The translations under genes and the position numbers were made by a program. The notes beneath the pieces are model-generated. The model was given only the letters and a program-made list of their open reading frames with translations. It searched no databases and was not told where the DNA came from. From positions 51-64,050 of the forward strand of contig JAHJTI010000246.1 in NCBI GenBank assembly GCA_018829945.1: a stretch of 64,000 nucleotides of DNA, written 5' to 3'. This DNA comes from Pseudomonadota bacterium (GTDB lineage: Bacteria > Desulfobacterota > Desulfobulbia > Desulfobulbales > Desulfurivibrionaceae). Each line of letters begins with the position of its first letter. Positions within the stretch are counted from its first letter, which is position 1. Of this stretch, positions 48,903-58,789 are shown one piece after another.

Positions 48903-50264
48903 TCATCTGTTTATTGTCTGACTACCGCAGGGAAGAATGCCTCGATCAATCAAGGCCTCGACACCCTGAAGAAGCAGGTAGTCCTTCCATCTTCGTGTAA
49001 CAAACTGAACGCCAAAAGGAAGCCCATCCGGGGACCTGAAGGTTGGCGCGGCCAGGGAAGGGACATGACAAAGGGTCCATATCAAAGAGGGATCCGGCAA
49101 CTCTGTCTGATCCCGCAATGGCGCATCACTGGCCGTACCAAGAGATAAAACCATATCGTACCGGTCGAGGAGAGTGTCAAGTTGTTCAGAAAGAATTTCC
49201 TGTTGCAGCAGCGCATTTTGGAATGAATCAATGGAAATTGACTCGCCATCGGCAATCATTTCACGCATGATTTCAGAAATATGGGCACCTGCCTTTGCCT
49301 CATTTTGAAAATAATACGCCAAAGACTTCGCATAGATGGTTGTATGAACTTGGTGGGCAGAATGAAAATTTTCATGCCACTCAACTTCTTCGACTTCAAA
49401 CCCTTGCTCCCTGGATATGCTTTGGGCTAGATCCTTAGTCGCTTTCTTTGCATAATTACAGGCGCCATCCCAGACATGTGTCCTGACAAAACCGACTCGC
49501 CATGGCCTGTCTGTCCGTTTAGGCAGCATCCCCGGCATATCAACATTTTTATAAACAAAAGGATAATCAGGACCCTTTACCCTCGTATGATCAAGGATAG
49601 GACGAAGACTCTTGCCGTGGGCAGCGACAAAGCCAATACTGTCAAGAGAATCCGTGGTCTTGAGGACACCGGTTCGAGGAATCAGACCAAAAGAGGGTTT
49701 CATCCCCCAAACACCACAAAAACTCGCGGGACGAACGATTGAGCCCGCTGTTTGACTGGCCAGGGCAAACGGCACCATCCCTGTTGCCACCGCAGCCACG
49801 GAGCCACTTGAGGATGTTCCAGGAGTGCGACTTGGGTCATGGGGGTTCAGGGTTTCATTGAGAGCATGTACCGCAAATTCCGCAGTGACGGTCTTGCCAA
49901 CCACCAGGCCCCCGGCATCCAGCAAAGAATCAACGACCCTGGCGTTATTCCCTGGGGTAAAATCTTTCCATGCCGGAGAACCCATCTCCGTTGGGAAGGC
50001 TTTCGTGTTAAAAATGTCCTTTACCCCGAAAGGGATCCCTGAAAGGGGGGAGAGGAAACCAAGTTTTTTCCCCTCTTGAAATGCCTGCTCAGCATCGGCT
50101 CCCAGTTTTTCGAGATCATAGCGCACCCAGGCAAATGTTTCAGCTTCATGTTTTTCAATCGCGCTTTTGACCGTCTCAACCAGGTCCGAAAAAGATACTT
50201 CCCCTCGACATAAGGTGTTGTGAATATCTGGAATTGAATGTTGTAAAAATAAATTACTCATCAT
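48903..50264 (-). CDS. Amidase-signature enzyme (GatA-like)
   Basis: GIPFGVKD (Lys), PGTSSSGS (cis-Ser), SQTAGS.VRPASFCG (Ser), GLP.GVQ. Confidence 0.9.
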   Translation of the reverse strand: MMSNLFLQHSIPDIHNTLCRGEVSFSDLVETVKSAIEKHEAETFAWVRYDLEKLGADAEQAFQEGKKLGFLSPLSGIPFGVKDIFNTKAFPTEMGSPAWKDFTPGNNARVVDSLLDAGGLVVGKTVTAEFAVHALNETLNPHDPSRTPGTSSSGSVAAVATGMVPFALASQTAGSIVRPASFCGVWGMKPSFGLIPRTGVLKTTDSLDSIGFVAAHGKSLRPILDHTRVKGPDYPFVYKNVDMPGMLPKRTDRPWRVGFVRTHVWDGACNYAKKATKDLAQSISREQGFEVEEVEWHENFHSAHQVHTTIYAKSLAYYFQNEAKAGAHISEIMREMIADGESISIDSFQNALLQQEILSEQLDTLLDRYDMVLSLGTASDAPLRDQTELPDPSLIWTLCHVPSLAAPTFRSPDGLPFGVQFVTRRWKDYLLLQGVEALIDRGILPCGSQTINR

Positions 50265-51477
50265 TCACATCCTTGTCCCTGGCTACACGTGGATCAAGTT
50301 GATGGAGATGTTTCTGAATTACTTGCTGCACAAAAGGCACAGTTCGCTCCGCATTCGGCCTCTGCTTCGGATGAACGGGAAGATCAATATTCTTTAACTG
50401 GGCCACTTTCTTTTCGCGCATGGCATCATAAAATTGCTCTTCGGTTAAGCCGGTAATCTTCAGATAGTAATCAAGGGCCTGAGGGCGCTCCTGATCATAA
50501 CGACGGATGAGGTCAAACCCTTCTTTCCTGGTAAGCAGGCCATTGCGCACATCAACAGAGGCTTGCCAAGTCGATCTGCCAAACCCTCTTTTTAAATAGC
50601 AGGTGAAGTCATGCATGCCTGCCATAATGCATTCCGCACTTTTGTAGCCTTTATAAGCCCCCTCTATTTCAGTCTCCCGCCATCCATATACATCACGAAT
50701 CCACTCGGTTTGGCGCTCATCATCCCAAAAAAGATAATCGCCTAAATGTATTCCCCAAACACCGGTATCATCAATTTCCTCATAGCTTGGCAGTGCAAAG
50801 GGATACAGATCTTTAGCACTGAGGTCACCACCAATCATTTCTTCCGCTGTGAGCCTCGCGGAAACCTTAGTAAAATAATCTCTGTCAAATTTATGCACTG
50901 GCTGATCATAGGATGCCCGGCCATCATTCTCGGCAATGGATTCGCCCCAAACCAATAAAGGAATCTTAAAGCGGGTTGCGACCTGCAATGGGAAGGCACC
51001 CACCCCGCTATGGCAATGCCAGCATGAATCACCAATGGCGCTTAAGGATTTTTTTGCCAGCTTATTGACTAAGCCCCGCGCGGGTGTGAATTGAAGATGA
51101 TCCAGATCAAAAACTTCCAGACAGCGTTGCAGATTATAGAATCCGGTCTCTGAAAACCAATTATGGCTGAAGGTTACGGCTAACGGTTTCATCCCGTAGA
51201 CCTTGACCAAAACATGGGCCTGGAAAAAACTGTCTTTCCCCCCTGATATCGGCAAAATACAATCGTACCCTGTTCCTGATTTGGTTCGGGCATTTTCCAA
51301 GATTGCACGGAGTTGTGCCTCGCGTGCGAGCCAGTCAATGTGCATTTTTTCTTCAGATGATCTGCATGCGGTACAGATTCCCATCGTATCAAACTGGACC
51401 CCTTCCTGTGTTTCAGGCACGCAGCAGCGGATACAATATCGAATCCCTTCAATAGGCCCGGAAGTTGAATTATTCAT
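50254..51477 (-). CDS. N-acetyl sugar amidotransferase (PseA/WbuX family)
   Basis: YC.RC, G.C.AC, PP-loop SGGKDS, CWHCH, WGES, LKRGFGR. Start trimmed to MNNSTS. Confidence 0.88.
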   Translation of the reverse strand: MNNSTSGPIEGIRYCIRCCVPETQEGVQFDTMGICTACRSSEEKMHIDWLAREAQLRAILENARTKSGTGYDCILPISGGKDSFFQAHVLVKVYGMKPLAVTFSHNWFSETGFYNLQRCLEVFDLDHLQFTPARGLVNKLAKKSLSAIGDSCWHCHSGVGAFPLQVATRFKIPLLVWGESIAENDGRASYDQPVHKFDRDYFTKVSARLTAEEMIGGDLSAKDLYPFALPSYEEIDDTGVWGIHLGDYLFWDDERQTEWIRDVYGWRETEIEGAYKGYKSAECIMAGMHDFTCYLKRGFGRSTWQASVDVRNGLLTRKEGFDLIRRYDQERPQALDYYLKITGLTEEQFYDAMREKKVAQLKNIDLPVHPKQRPNAERTVPFVQQVIQKHLHQLDPRVARDKDVNDE

Positions 51478-52405
51478 GGCTGGAAGTATAATCCTCCATC
51501 GCTTTCTTCTGTATCGTACTTTTCTCAAGAAGAGACTGAAGTCTCTCGATTTCACACTGCGGTAAGGCACATGCTTTTCCACCAGGAGGGATACAACTTA
51601 CGACGCGTTTGTTGGCGAACAAACCGATGACCATTGCCATGGATTCACAGCCGACCACAACATCGGCGTCGGCTATTTCCTCCAACAGAGGACGTACCCC
51701 CCCTTGTGCAATCGGCAGATCAAACTCCTGTTGAGCCCAGTTATACTTATTATTTGGTTCTGATGGATGGGGGCGGATAAGAATACGGCCAATTGTTTTT
51801 CCCAAAGCCGAAATATTGGCAAGGAAATAACGCAAGGCCTCTTCCTCGACATACCCCCAATGACGCTCATCACCAAACTGCTGTAGTGCATGTTCGCGCA
51901 CAGGTTCACAGACGTAAAGCACAGAAATTGAAGCCTTGTCGGATGGGCGCAGAACAGAGACTGCCGCTAGCTCTTCGAGAATCTCGTGAAAATAAGGATT
52001 CTCCACCAACTTAATTTGAGTATTAGGGAAAATCCGTGTTGCCAACTTTTCAGCAACGGAATCCCCAACCCATATTTCGTCAGGCATGCAGGTTTCATTC
52101 AACCGGACAAACCGCTCATGGTAGTTAACCCAATGATCAAGAAAGGCTACAGATCGTTTACCAGCCAAACGCGCAAGCTTAATGGCTCTAAACTCCAGAT
52201 CTGACTGCCAACTGGTCCCGCACAAAATCGACGCCGCCCGTTGAATTGCCTCCTCGATGGGTATAGTTTCAACAGGTCCTAGCTTGCGCTCAAAGATCTC
52301 ACGCGCTGGACCTTCCAGCACATAGAGACAATCAATGCCTCGCTGGCGGACATAGCTGCTGAGCACTTCAGCGCCGCCTGCATCATGCGAAATTACAACC
52401 AACAT
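51470..52405 (-). CDS. Hypothetical GT-B-like protein
   Basis: SHDAGGAE, LDHWVNY..RF, NPY, IRPHPSE, VVG..SMA. Confidence 0.7.
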   Translation of the reverse strand: MLVVISHDAGGAEVLSSYVRQRGIDCLYVLEGPAREIFERKLGPVETIPIEEAIQRAASILCGTSWQSDLEFRAIKLARLAGKRSVAFLDHWVNYHERFVRLNETCMPDEIWVGDSVAEKLATRIFPNTQIKLVENPYFHEILEELAAVSVLRPSDKASISVLYVCEPVREHALQQFGDERHWGYVEEEALRYFLANISALGKTIGRILIRPHPSEPNNKYNWAQQEFDLPIAQGGVRPLLEEIADADVVVGCESMAMVIGLFANKRVVSCIPPGGKACALPQCEIERLQSLLEKSTIQKKAMEDYTSSHE

Positions 52406-52409
52406 CAGC

Positions 52410-52943
52410 TTAGACTTTTCTAAATTCAGACTGCAAAATTCCGTATTCAAGCATATCAACTCTGGAACCATCGAGGAAAAGATGCTGCCGGCGCGTGCCT
52501 TCTAAACTCATACCCATGGCAAGCGCAAGCTTTTTCATCCCCTCATTGGTTGCGGCCATCCCACAATATATTCGCTCTAAATTCAGTTGATTAAACCCGT
52601 GCTCAAGAATTCTCCTGCTTGCCAACAGCCCTAGCCCTTTGCGCCAATGCCGCTTCTCTCCCAAAAGAATTGCAAATTCCGCAGTACGGTTAATCAGCGA
52701 AATTTCTTGCAGGCTCACATTACCTATATGGCCATCCGTCGCATGACAAATGGCCCAAACCACACGATCTTCCTTGTTAATATCATCAAGATATTTCTTA
52801 AAATAGGCCTTTGTTTTAAAAAACTTTCCATGCGAATTATATCGGCAGACATCCTGATTTTCGAACCACTTCGGATAAGCACCATCCAAATCTTCTTCGG
52901 CAAGCGGCCGGACAAAATACTCATTATTAAGTTCATAAATCAT
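52410..52943 (-). CDS. RimJ-type GNAT N-acyltransferase (PseH-like role)
   Basis: HIGN, AE..ILLGE...W.KG.G, F..LNL.RI, N.....L...GM..EG. Confidence 0.85.
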   Translation of the reverse strand: MIYELNNEYFVRPLAEEDLDGAYPKWFENQDVCRYNSHGKFFKTKAYFKKYLDDINKEDRVVWAICHATDGHIGNVSLQEISLINRTAEFAILLGEKRHWRKGLGLLASRRILEHGFNQLNLERIYCGMAATNEGMKKLALAMGMSLEGTRRQHLFLDGSRVDMLEYGILQSEFRKV

Positions 52944-54226
52944 TTCAGCCTCCCCATCTGAGCCCAGACTTTTTCAAAGGCTTTCACGATCAGGTCCACA
53001 TCCGCATCCGTCAGCTCGTGCATGCACATTTCGTAACCAAGATAGTCAGACTCATTAAGTTTTTCGGCTACCGGGCAGATTCCTTTCCGATAGCTGACCT
53101 CGCGATGGCAGATATCCGAAGACCACGGAAATCCTTTTGAGCCGTATGCCATCTTCTGCTGGTACATGGGCAACAAATGGAGACATGCATACCCCGCGGC
53201 CAGACCCACGACGCCTTCCGCCTCCAGAGCCGCCAAAATTCTGGCTCGAGGCACGCCAAGCCGCTCCACATCCAACACCATGGGATACATATAATATGCG
53301 TGCGTACAGTCCGGCTTGACGATCGGCGGACGGAGTCCTGGCAGATTGGCCAGCCCCTGGGTCAAACGCTCGGCAGCCCGCTGACGACTGGCAACAAAGC
53401 CCTTGAGTTTCTTGAGTTGCTCCAAGCCGATGGCGCACTCGATTTCACCAAGACGAAAATTGTAGCCCACCATGTTGCGCAAATCGGTAACGCCTTTGTC
53501 GCCCACCACAGCCTCGGCATGATTGCGGATCAACCGCAAACGATCGGCAATATCGTCGTCATCGGTAACGAGAATACCACCTTCACCGGTATGGATATGC
53601 TTGTGATAGTTGAGGCTATAGCCACCCACATGGGCGAGAGTCCCCGTGACTCTGCCTTTATAATAGGTCCCTGGGGCTTGCGCGGTATCGGAGATGACCT
53701 TGAGTCCATGCCGCTCTGCAATAGCCATCAATATATCCATCTCGGCAGAATGCCCGAATATATCCACTACCATAATGGCCTTAGTATACGGCGTAATGTT
53801 CGCTTCCACCGAGACAGGATCCAGACAAAAGGTCTCTGGCTCGATATCAGCAAACACAGGGATTGCATTCCAGTGCAGGATAGCGGTGGCGGTGGCACAC
53901 ATGGTCCAAGGGCTGACGATTACCTCATCTCCCGGCTCGATACCGATAGCGCCGACAGCGGCAATCAGTCCGGAAGTCCATGAATTGACAGTGACGGCAT
54001 GCTTGACACCGAAATAGGCTTCGCATTGTCGCTCAAATCCCTGCACCTTGGGGCCGCCATAGAAGTCCGGCTCCCAACAGCCGAGAAAACGCGACAGGAC
54101 GCCACTTTCAATCACCTTCTTGGCGGCTTCGACCTCTTCTTGACCGATGGAGTTATAGCGCCGGAAAGGCTGGGTGATGGTTTTAGGCCCGCCCAAAATA
54201 GCTAAAGGTTCTATTGTGGTTTTCAT
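52940..54226 (-). CDS. DegT/DnrJ/EryC1/StrS sugar aminotransferase
   Basis: GDEVI, D.AQA, SLNYHKHI.TGEGG, GYNFR. Start trimmed to MKTT (ATGA overlap). Confidence 0.93.
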   Translation of the reverse strand: MKTTIEPLAILGGPKTITQPFRRYNSIGQEEVEAAKKVIESGVLSRFLGCWEPDFYGGPKVQGFERQCEAYFGVKHAVTVNSWTSGLIAAVGAIGIEPGDEVIVSPWTMCATATAILHWNAIPVFADIEPETFCLDPVSVEANITPYTKAIMVVDIFGHSAEMDILMAIAERHGLKVISDTAQAPGTYYKGRVTGTLAHVGGYSLNYHKHIHTGEGGILVTDDDDIADRLRLIRNHAEAVVGDKGVTDLRNMVGYNFRLGEIECAIGLEQLKKLKGFVASRQRAAERLTQGLANLPGLRPPIVKPDCTHAYYMYPMVLDVERLGVPRARILAALEAEGVVGLAAGYACLHLLPMYQQKMAYGSKGFPWSSDICHREVSYRKGICPVAEKLNESDYLGYEMCMHELTDADVDLIVKAFEKVWAQMGRLK

Positions 54227-55188
54227 CGCATCCCAATAATCGTTTGCATGGCTTCCGAGGTTGCAAGGGCTTGAGCCCCTGAGCACAGATGGCTGTTTCT
54301 GCCGCCAAGAGCCGCCGCCAATTGCTCTGCCACATGCCATTGATAGCGATCCATGCCCGAGGCAATGTTTTGCGGCTGCGCAGACAACACGGTATAATCA
54401 GCGAAATTCTGGTCCGGCTGAGCGGTTTGCCAGTGGATTATTTCCCCGCCTTGCTCGTAGCGAAGTCGGCCATTAGAAGCCAACATTTCAACTGTGTAAT
54501 GGGAATAGGCTTCTTCCCATGCTGCCAGAAAGACTATGACTCCTTTTTTAAAAGTAACACGGACATCCGGTTCCGGGTCAATGCCATCCCATAGTCGGCC
54601 TGGGTCAAGCACCTCAGCACAAACCATAAATCCTAGCCAATATTCCAGCAAATTAAAAAAATGAGAGCCGTTGTGTAGAAAGCCCTTCGAGTACCAAGCC
54701 ACCCCTTTGACCGGTGCAACAATTTCGCCGGAATCGATGCGCCGCTTGATCTCGATCCCGCCCGGGTCAGAGCGCCGCATATAATTCACGTACAGGTTGA
54801 CCCCCCTTGCAGCACAGGTTTGCACCATGTCCCGGGCTTCTTGCAGATCATAGGAAAGTGGTTTTTCGCACAGTATTGCCTTTGGATGCGATTGCCCCAA
54901 CACCCGTTGCAAGGTCTCGCCATGAAGATCGGTTGGGACTGCAATCACGACCAAATCCGGCTGATGGTGGCCAAGAGCGGCATCTATATCCATATAGGCT
55001 GAGCACTGATACTTCTGCTCAAAATTCTGCCGCCGCTGCGCTTCAGGATCAACCCCGGCAACCAGATGAAAACTGGGATGCTGGCTAAAGGCACGGGCAT
55101 GTGAGTAAATATGCCCGGTCGGATCAAGATGCAGGTCATAGCCCATACCGATCTGCCCGAGTCCCACGATCATCACGCCAAAACTCAT
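54223..55188 (-). CDS. Gfo/Idh/MocA oxidoreductase
   Basis: GLGQIG, IAVPT..H, CEKP, VNY.RR, H.GSH. Confidence 0.9.
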   Translation of the reverse strand: MSFGVMIVGLGQIGMGYDLHLDPTGHIYSHARAFSQHPSFHLVAGVDPEAQRRQNFEQKYQCSAYMDIDAALGHHQPDLVVIAVPTDLHGETLQRVLGQSHPKAILCEKPLSYDLQEARDMVQTCAARGVNLYVNYMRRSDPGGIEIKRRIDSGEIVAPVKGVAWYSKGFLHNGSHFFNLLEYWLGFMVCAEVLDPGRLWDGIDPEPDVRVTFKKGVIVFLAAWEEAYSHYTVEMLASNGRLRYEQGGEIIHWQTAQPDQNFADYTVLSAQPQNIASGMDRYQWHVAEQLAAALGGRNSHLCSGAQALATSEAMQTIIGMR

Positions 55189-55925
55189 GTATCTCCCTTG
55201 CGTTGGACTGCCTGATTAATAGCAACCCAATCAGGATTGGCACGCAACAAACGGATCACATCCAGACAACTAAAATGGGGATTCTCAGCACCAAAATGCT
55301 CAATAATTTTTTTAAGTAGTTCATAATCGGCAGGTTCATCAAGAGTCAACCCAAGCTCAGGCCAATGTAATTCGGGTGGAGCCACTAAATGCACACGCGA
55401 AAAGAGTTCGGGGTGATTTCTAATATGCAGCGTCACATGTTCATGATCAAGCACATCGTCGGTTCTTTGGGCGGAACGGCGAAGTGTCTCCAGACGAAAT
55501 ACTTGCGTATCCATCCCGTCAGGATAACTGCGGATATGGGCATTGCTGACATAATCGGCATCGTTGGCCTTGAACATGCGAATGGTCTGCTCAACTATCT
55601 GAGGATCGATTATTGGACAATCACCAGTTATCTCAACAATAATATCTGCATGAGCAGACTCCCCGGCACCGATAACCCGCGCCATCACATCCTCTTCGCT
55701 GCCCCGAAAACAGTCAATCCCTTCTTTACGGGCAAAATCTTCAAGAATATCATCGGTGGCATTGCGCGTCGTAGCGAGAACAATGCCATCAAGCGAGGAG
55801 ACAGCCCGCAGGCGATTCACCAAATGATGCAACATCGGCTTGCCGATTGCTGGCAACAACACTTTGCCCGGTAACCGCGAAGAAGTCATCCGGGCTTCAA
55901 TTGTGGCAACTATTTTCATTTTCAA
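55185..55925 (-). CDS. SpsF-like cytidylyltransferase
   Basis: EARMTSSRLPGKV, RGSE.DV..R, TGDCP..DP, EHVT, LTLD...D. Confidence 0.9.
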   Translation of the reverse strand: MKMKIVATIEARMTSSRLPGKVLLPAIGKPMLHHLVNRLRAVSSLDGIVLATTRNATDDILEDFARKEGIDCFRGSEEDVMARVIGAGESAHADIIVEITGDCPIIDPQIVEQTIRMFKANDADYVSNAHIRSYPDGMDTQVFRLETLRRSAQRTDDVLDHEHVTLHIRNHPELFSRVHLVAPPELHWPELGLTLDEPADYELLKKIIEHFGAENPHFSCLDVIRLLRANPDWVAINQAVQRKGDT

Positions 55926-56118
55926 TTACGTTTCATTGTCCATTTATTCAAAGGATAGTATCAATTCTAGCCCACAATGGCAGAAGTATGCAGCGAATTT
56001 TCTGTCGGTTTGCCTGCTGCCGATTTTGCGGAGATAAAAACTCTTCTTGGCACTCCTCGTCCGGATTTATTTCTGTAAGCTGAGATGAGGCCGTCCCTTT
56101 GTTACCGACCCGGCTTCC

Positions 56119-56155
56119 CCAAACATGTTTTTCCAACCATGTTTTTCCAAACATG
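56119..56155. repeat. Short tandem repeat, 14-bp unit x ~2.6
   Basis: CCAAACATGTTTTT CCAACCATGTTTTT CCAAACATG in the 260-bp intergenic gap. Confidence 0.7.
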
Positions 56156-56185
56156 CACGGCTGCCTTCTTTGGAGAAGCCGCGCC

Positions 56186-56821
56186 TCACAAGCTCGCCCA
56201 AAGTGCATATAATATCCGCCTGTTCGCAGAAAACCTCCTGCCGAATCGTGGCGCATCAATTCTCTCACGCGTCTTTACAGGTAGTTGCGCTATGTGTTTG
56301 CCATTTTTAGCCGCATAAAGAGCCAACTCTGTACCAATTGAATCGTAGGAGTCAAAGTGCCCCAACTCTTTGTAAATGTTTATCCGGTAAGCTTTCATCC
56401 CACAAAGAGGATCACTTATCCCCCATTTTTTAGCTGCCACCCAAGCAAAAATATATTCAGCCAGCCGTTGATGACGATCTCGAACACCAATGACCACGTC
56501 GGCCCCGTTGTCTAAGGCCTGGATGAACTCGTGCAAAATAGTCGGGTCATGTTGACCGTCGGCATCCATGGTAATCACATACTCGCAACCAAGCGCTTCA
56601 GCGTGGGAAAAACCAGAGTTAAGAGCCTGGTCGTATCCTCGGTTGGCAGGATGCCTAACTACCGAGGCACCAAGACTCGATGCCGCCTCACCTGTCTCAT
56701 CACGAGACCCATCGTCGACAACGATGGGCACCCCATATGGGAGGACATTGGAGACAACCCAACCGATTGTCGCAGCCTCGTTGAGGGCGGGAATGACAAT
56801 GCCTATTCGATGTCGTTCCAT
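56186..56821 (-). CDS. GT2 glycosyltransferase
   Basis: IPALNE, VDDGS.D, N.GY..AL..G, MDADGQH. Confidence 0.9.
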   Translation of the reverse strand: MERHRIGIVIPALNEAATIGWVVSNVLPYGVPIVVDDGSRDETGEAASSLGASVVRHPANRGYDQALNSGFSHAEALGCEYVITMDADGQHDPTILHEFIQALDNGADVVIGVRDRHQRLAEYIFAWVAAKKWGISDPLCGMKAYRINIYKELGHFDSYDSIGTELALYAAKNGKHIAQLPVKTRERIDAPRFGRRFSANRRILYALWASL

Positions 56822-57885
56822 CCGAGGGAATCTCCCGCTTTCATCGACCGCCTTAATTGTTTTCCAATAATTTTCGTTAGTTCGTAAGGTGGCAAAGCAT
56901 TTTCTGGACAAGGACGAAGTACGGTAAGACTTGACCGAGTCAAGGTTGATCCTTTCGGTGAATCTGCACTGAGCCGAATGGCTCGCCGCTGCAAAACTGA
57001 AGTTTCCACTTCATTGTCTTCTACTTTTTTAATACCAGTGCCCAGACTGTTTTCGAGTTCACGGGTCCGGGCAACCATCTCCCGCCAAGTTATAGGATCC
57101 ATTGAAAAAGCATGATCCGGCCCTATCCTGCCGGGATCATCTGTAAAATGTTTCTCGATAATCCGTGCACCTAGAGAAACTGCCCCCAGAACCGTGGTAT
57201 GCCCCAGAGTATGATCGCTCAAGCCCAGAACAATCTCCGGATACATTTCCCGGTAGACCCGTAGCACATTCAGTTGAATAAATTTAAAATTCTCTAGGCT
57301 TGCAGTGTAATTGGTATTGCACTGAAGCAAGGCCAATTGCGGATTAACCTGCAACGCCGCTTCAACTGCCCGTTGAACATCATCCATGGATGACGCCCCC
57401 GTGGCTAAAATGTAAGGCTTATTTTTCCCGGCAATGTACTCAATGAGTTCCACCCAGGTGATGTCCCCCGAGCCAATTTTGTATGCGGCTACATATGGGT
57501 CAACCGCATCCACCAGCTCGGGGGCATAAGGACTGGTAAAAAAAGTGATCCCTGCCGTGTCGCAGGCTTCCTTGAGGTAGGGTGTCCATCCGAGATCGAC
57601 AGAAGCCTTTTGATAGACCTCAAATACGGACTCTTTCCATTGCGATTGATGCGACTGCTTCCCGCCTAGCGCCTTAAAGCCAAAATCACTGACGATTGTC
57701 TCTGCCTTGAAATGCTGAAATTTGGCAGCATCGGCACCGGCTTCTGCCGCAAGATGAATCAAGTCAAGCGCCCGCTGCAAATCGCCATCATGATTAGCAG
57801 CAATATCGGCGATAAAATAGGTAGGCTCATTGCCGCCAATCTTTCTGCCAGCAATGTTGAAACAATTATCCGATGTCGTCGCCAT
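56803..57885 (-). CDS. Nonulosonic acid synthase (NeuB/PseI/SpsE family)
   Basis: ANHDGD, DAAKFQ, KIGSGD, GLSDH, IEKHFT, DH.FS; C-terminal SAF/antifreeze-like domain. Confidence 0.94.
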   Translation of the reverse strand: MATTSDNCFNIAGRKIGGNEPTYFIADIAANHDGDLQRALDLIHLAAEAGADAAKFQHFKAETIVSDFGFKALGGKQSHQSQWKESVFEVYQKASVDLGWTPYLKEACDTAGITFFTSPYAPELVDAVDPYVAAYKIGSGDITWVELIEYIAGKNKPYILATGASSMDDVQRAVEAALQVNPQLALLQCNTNYTASLENFKFIQLNVLRVYREMYPEIVLGLSDHTLGHTTVLGAVSLGARIIEKHFTDDPGRIGPDHAFSMDPITWREMVARTRELENSLGTGIKKVEDNEVETSVLQRRAIRLSADSPKGSTLTRSSLTVLRPCPENALPPYELTKIIGKQLRRSMKAGDSLGWNDIE

Positions 57886-58747
57886 AGGCAGCTCTCATAG
57901 CTTGGATTTCTTCTTTTAAGGTTGGCAATTCAACGCTAAAAATATTTGCAAAGAGGGAGGAGTCCATGCACATATCTTTGGGGCGATAGGCGTTCAGCTT
58001 AGCCTTGCCTGATGTGCCCCTGGCCATATTCCGGATTGGCAAGCCCAAGGCCTCGGCAAGGGCGAAAGCAAAATCCGCTTTACTCATCCCATCTCTGGAC
58101 CCAAGATTATAAATCCCTTGTTGCCGTTTCGCGATGACAATTTCCAGAAACTCACTCAGCCGCGCTAAGGACAGAGGGCTAAATCGCACATCCTCGAAAA
58201 CAGTGATTGGCTCGCCCTTGGTTAACGCTTGGACCAACCAATCGCTGAGACTGGTTCTGCCAGAGCATTGGCTTTGACCAAAAAAATTAGTCCGCAAAAC
58301 AGTACTCGAAGCCGTTGCCGCGGCCAACTCTCCGGCATATTTAGAAAATCCATAATAATTGGTCAGATTGATGTTGCTTTCCTTGTGTGGACCAAGGCCA
58401 TCATACACTTGATCAGTCGACAACTGCACAAGGTGACATGCGTTAGCCTTTTTCTGTATCCATTTCGCCAGATTTTCAACAATCCGCACATTTTCCAGGT
58501 AGGCAAGTTGCGGGTTCCGCTCGCATTCATCAACATTTGTCAGCGCTGCAAGATTAACTATGACTTCCGGCGCCACTGCATCCAAAGCAGCACACACCTG
58601 ATCTGCATCGGTGAGATCGGCACAAATCTCCACCTCGCCCTTTCGGGCATGACGCAACACCTCATGTCCCCGTGCTTGCAAGAAAGGAACGAGAGTGCTC
58701 CCTAGAAGGCCCAACGCTCCGGTGACTAGGACTCTACTCAACGCCAT
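57866..58747 (-). CDS. RmlD-like NDP-4-keto-sugar reductase
   Basis: TGALGLLG, AALTNVD.CE, STDQVYDG, YGFSK..GE. Confidence 0.88.
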   Translation of the reverse strand: MALSRVLVTGALGLLGSTLVPFLQARGHEVLRHARKGEVEICADLTDADQVCAALDAVAPEVIVNLAALTNVDECERNPQLAYLENVRIVENLAKWIQKKANACHLVQLSTDQVYDGLGPHKESNINLTNYYGFSKYAGELAAATASSTVLRTNFFGQSQCSGRTSLSDWLVQALTKGEPITVFEDVRFSPLSLARLSEFLEIVIAKRQQGIYNLGSRDGMSKADFAFALAEALGLPIRNMARGTSGKAKLNAYRPKDMCMDSSLFANIFSVELPTLKEEIQAMRAAYGDDIG

Positions 58748-58789
58748 CGCCCCCTTTGCTTTTTAATTGTTGCTTCATTTTGAAGAAAC

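Noticed and set aside
55948-56268. 106-aa minus-strand ORF in the gap
   Set aside because: It overlaps the GT2 3' end, spans a tandem repeat and has no motifs.
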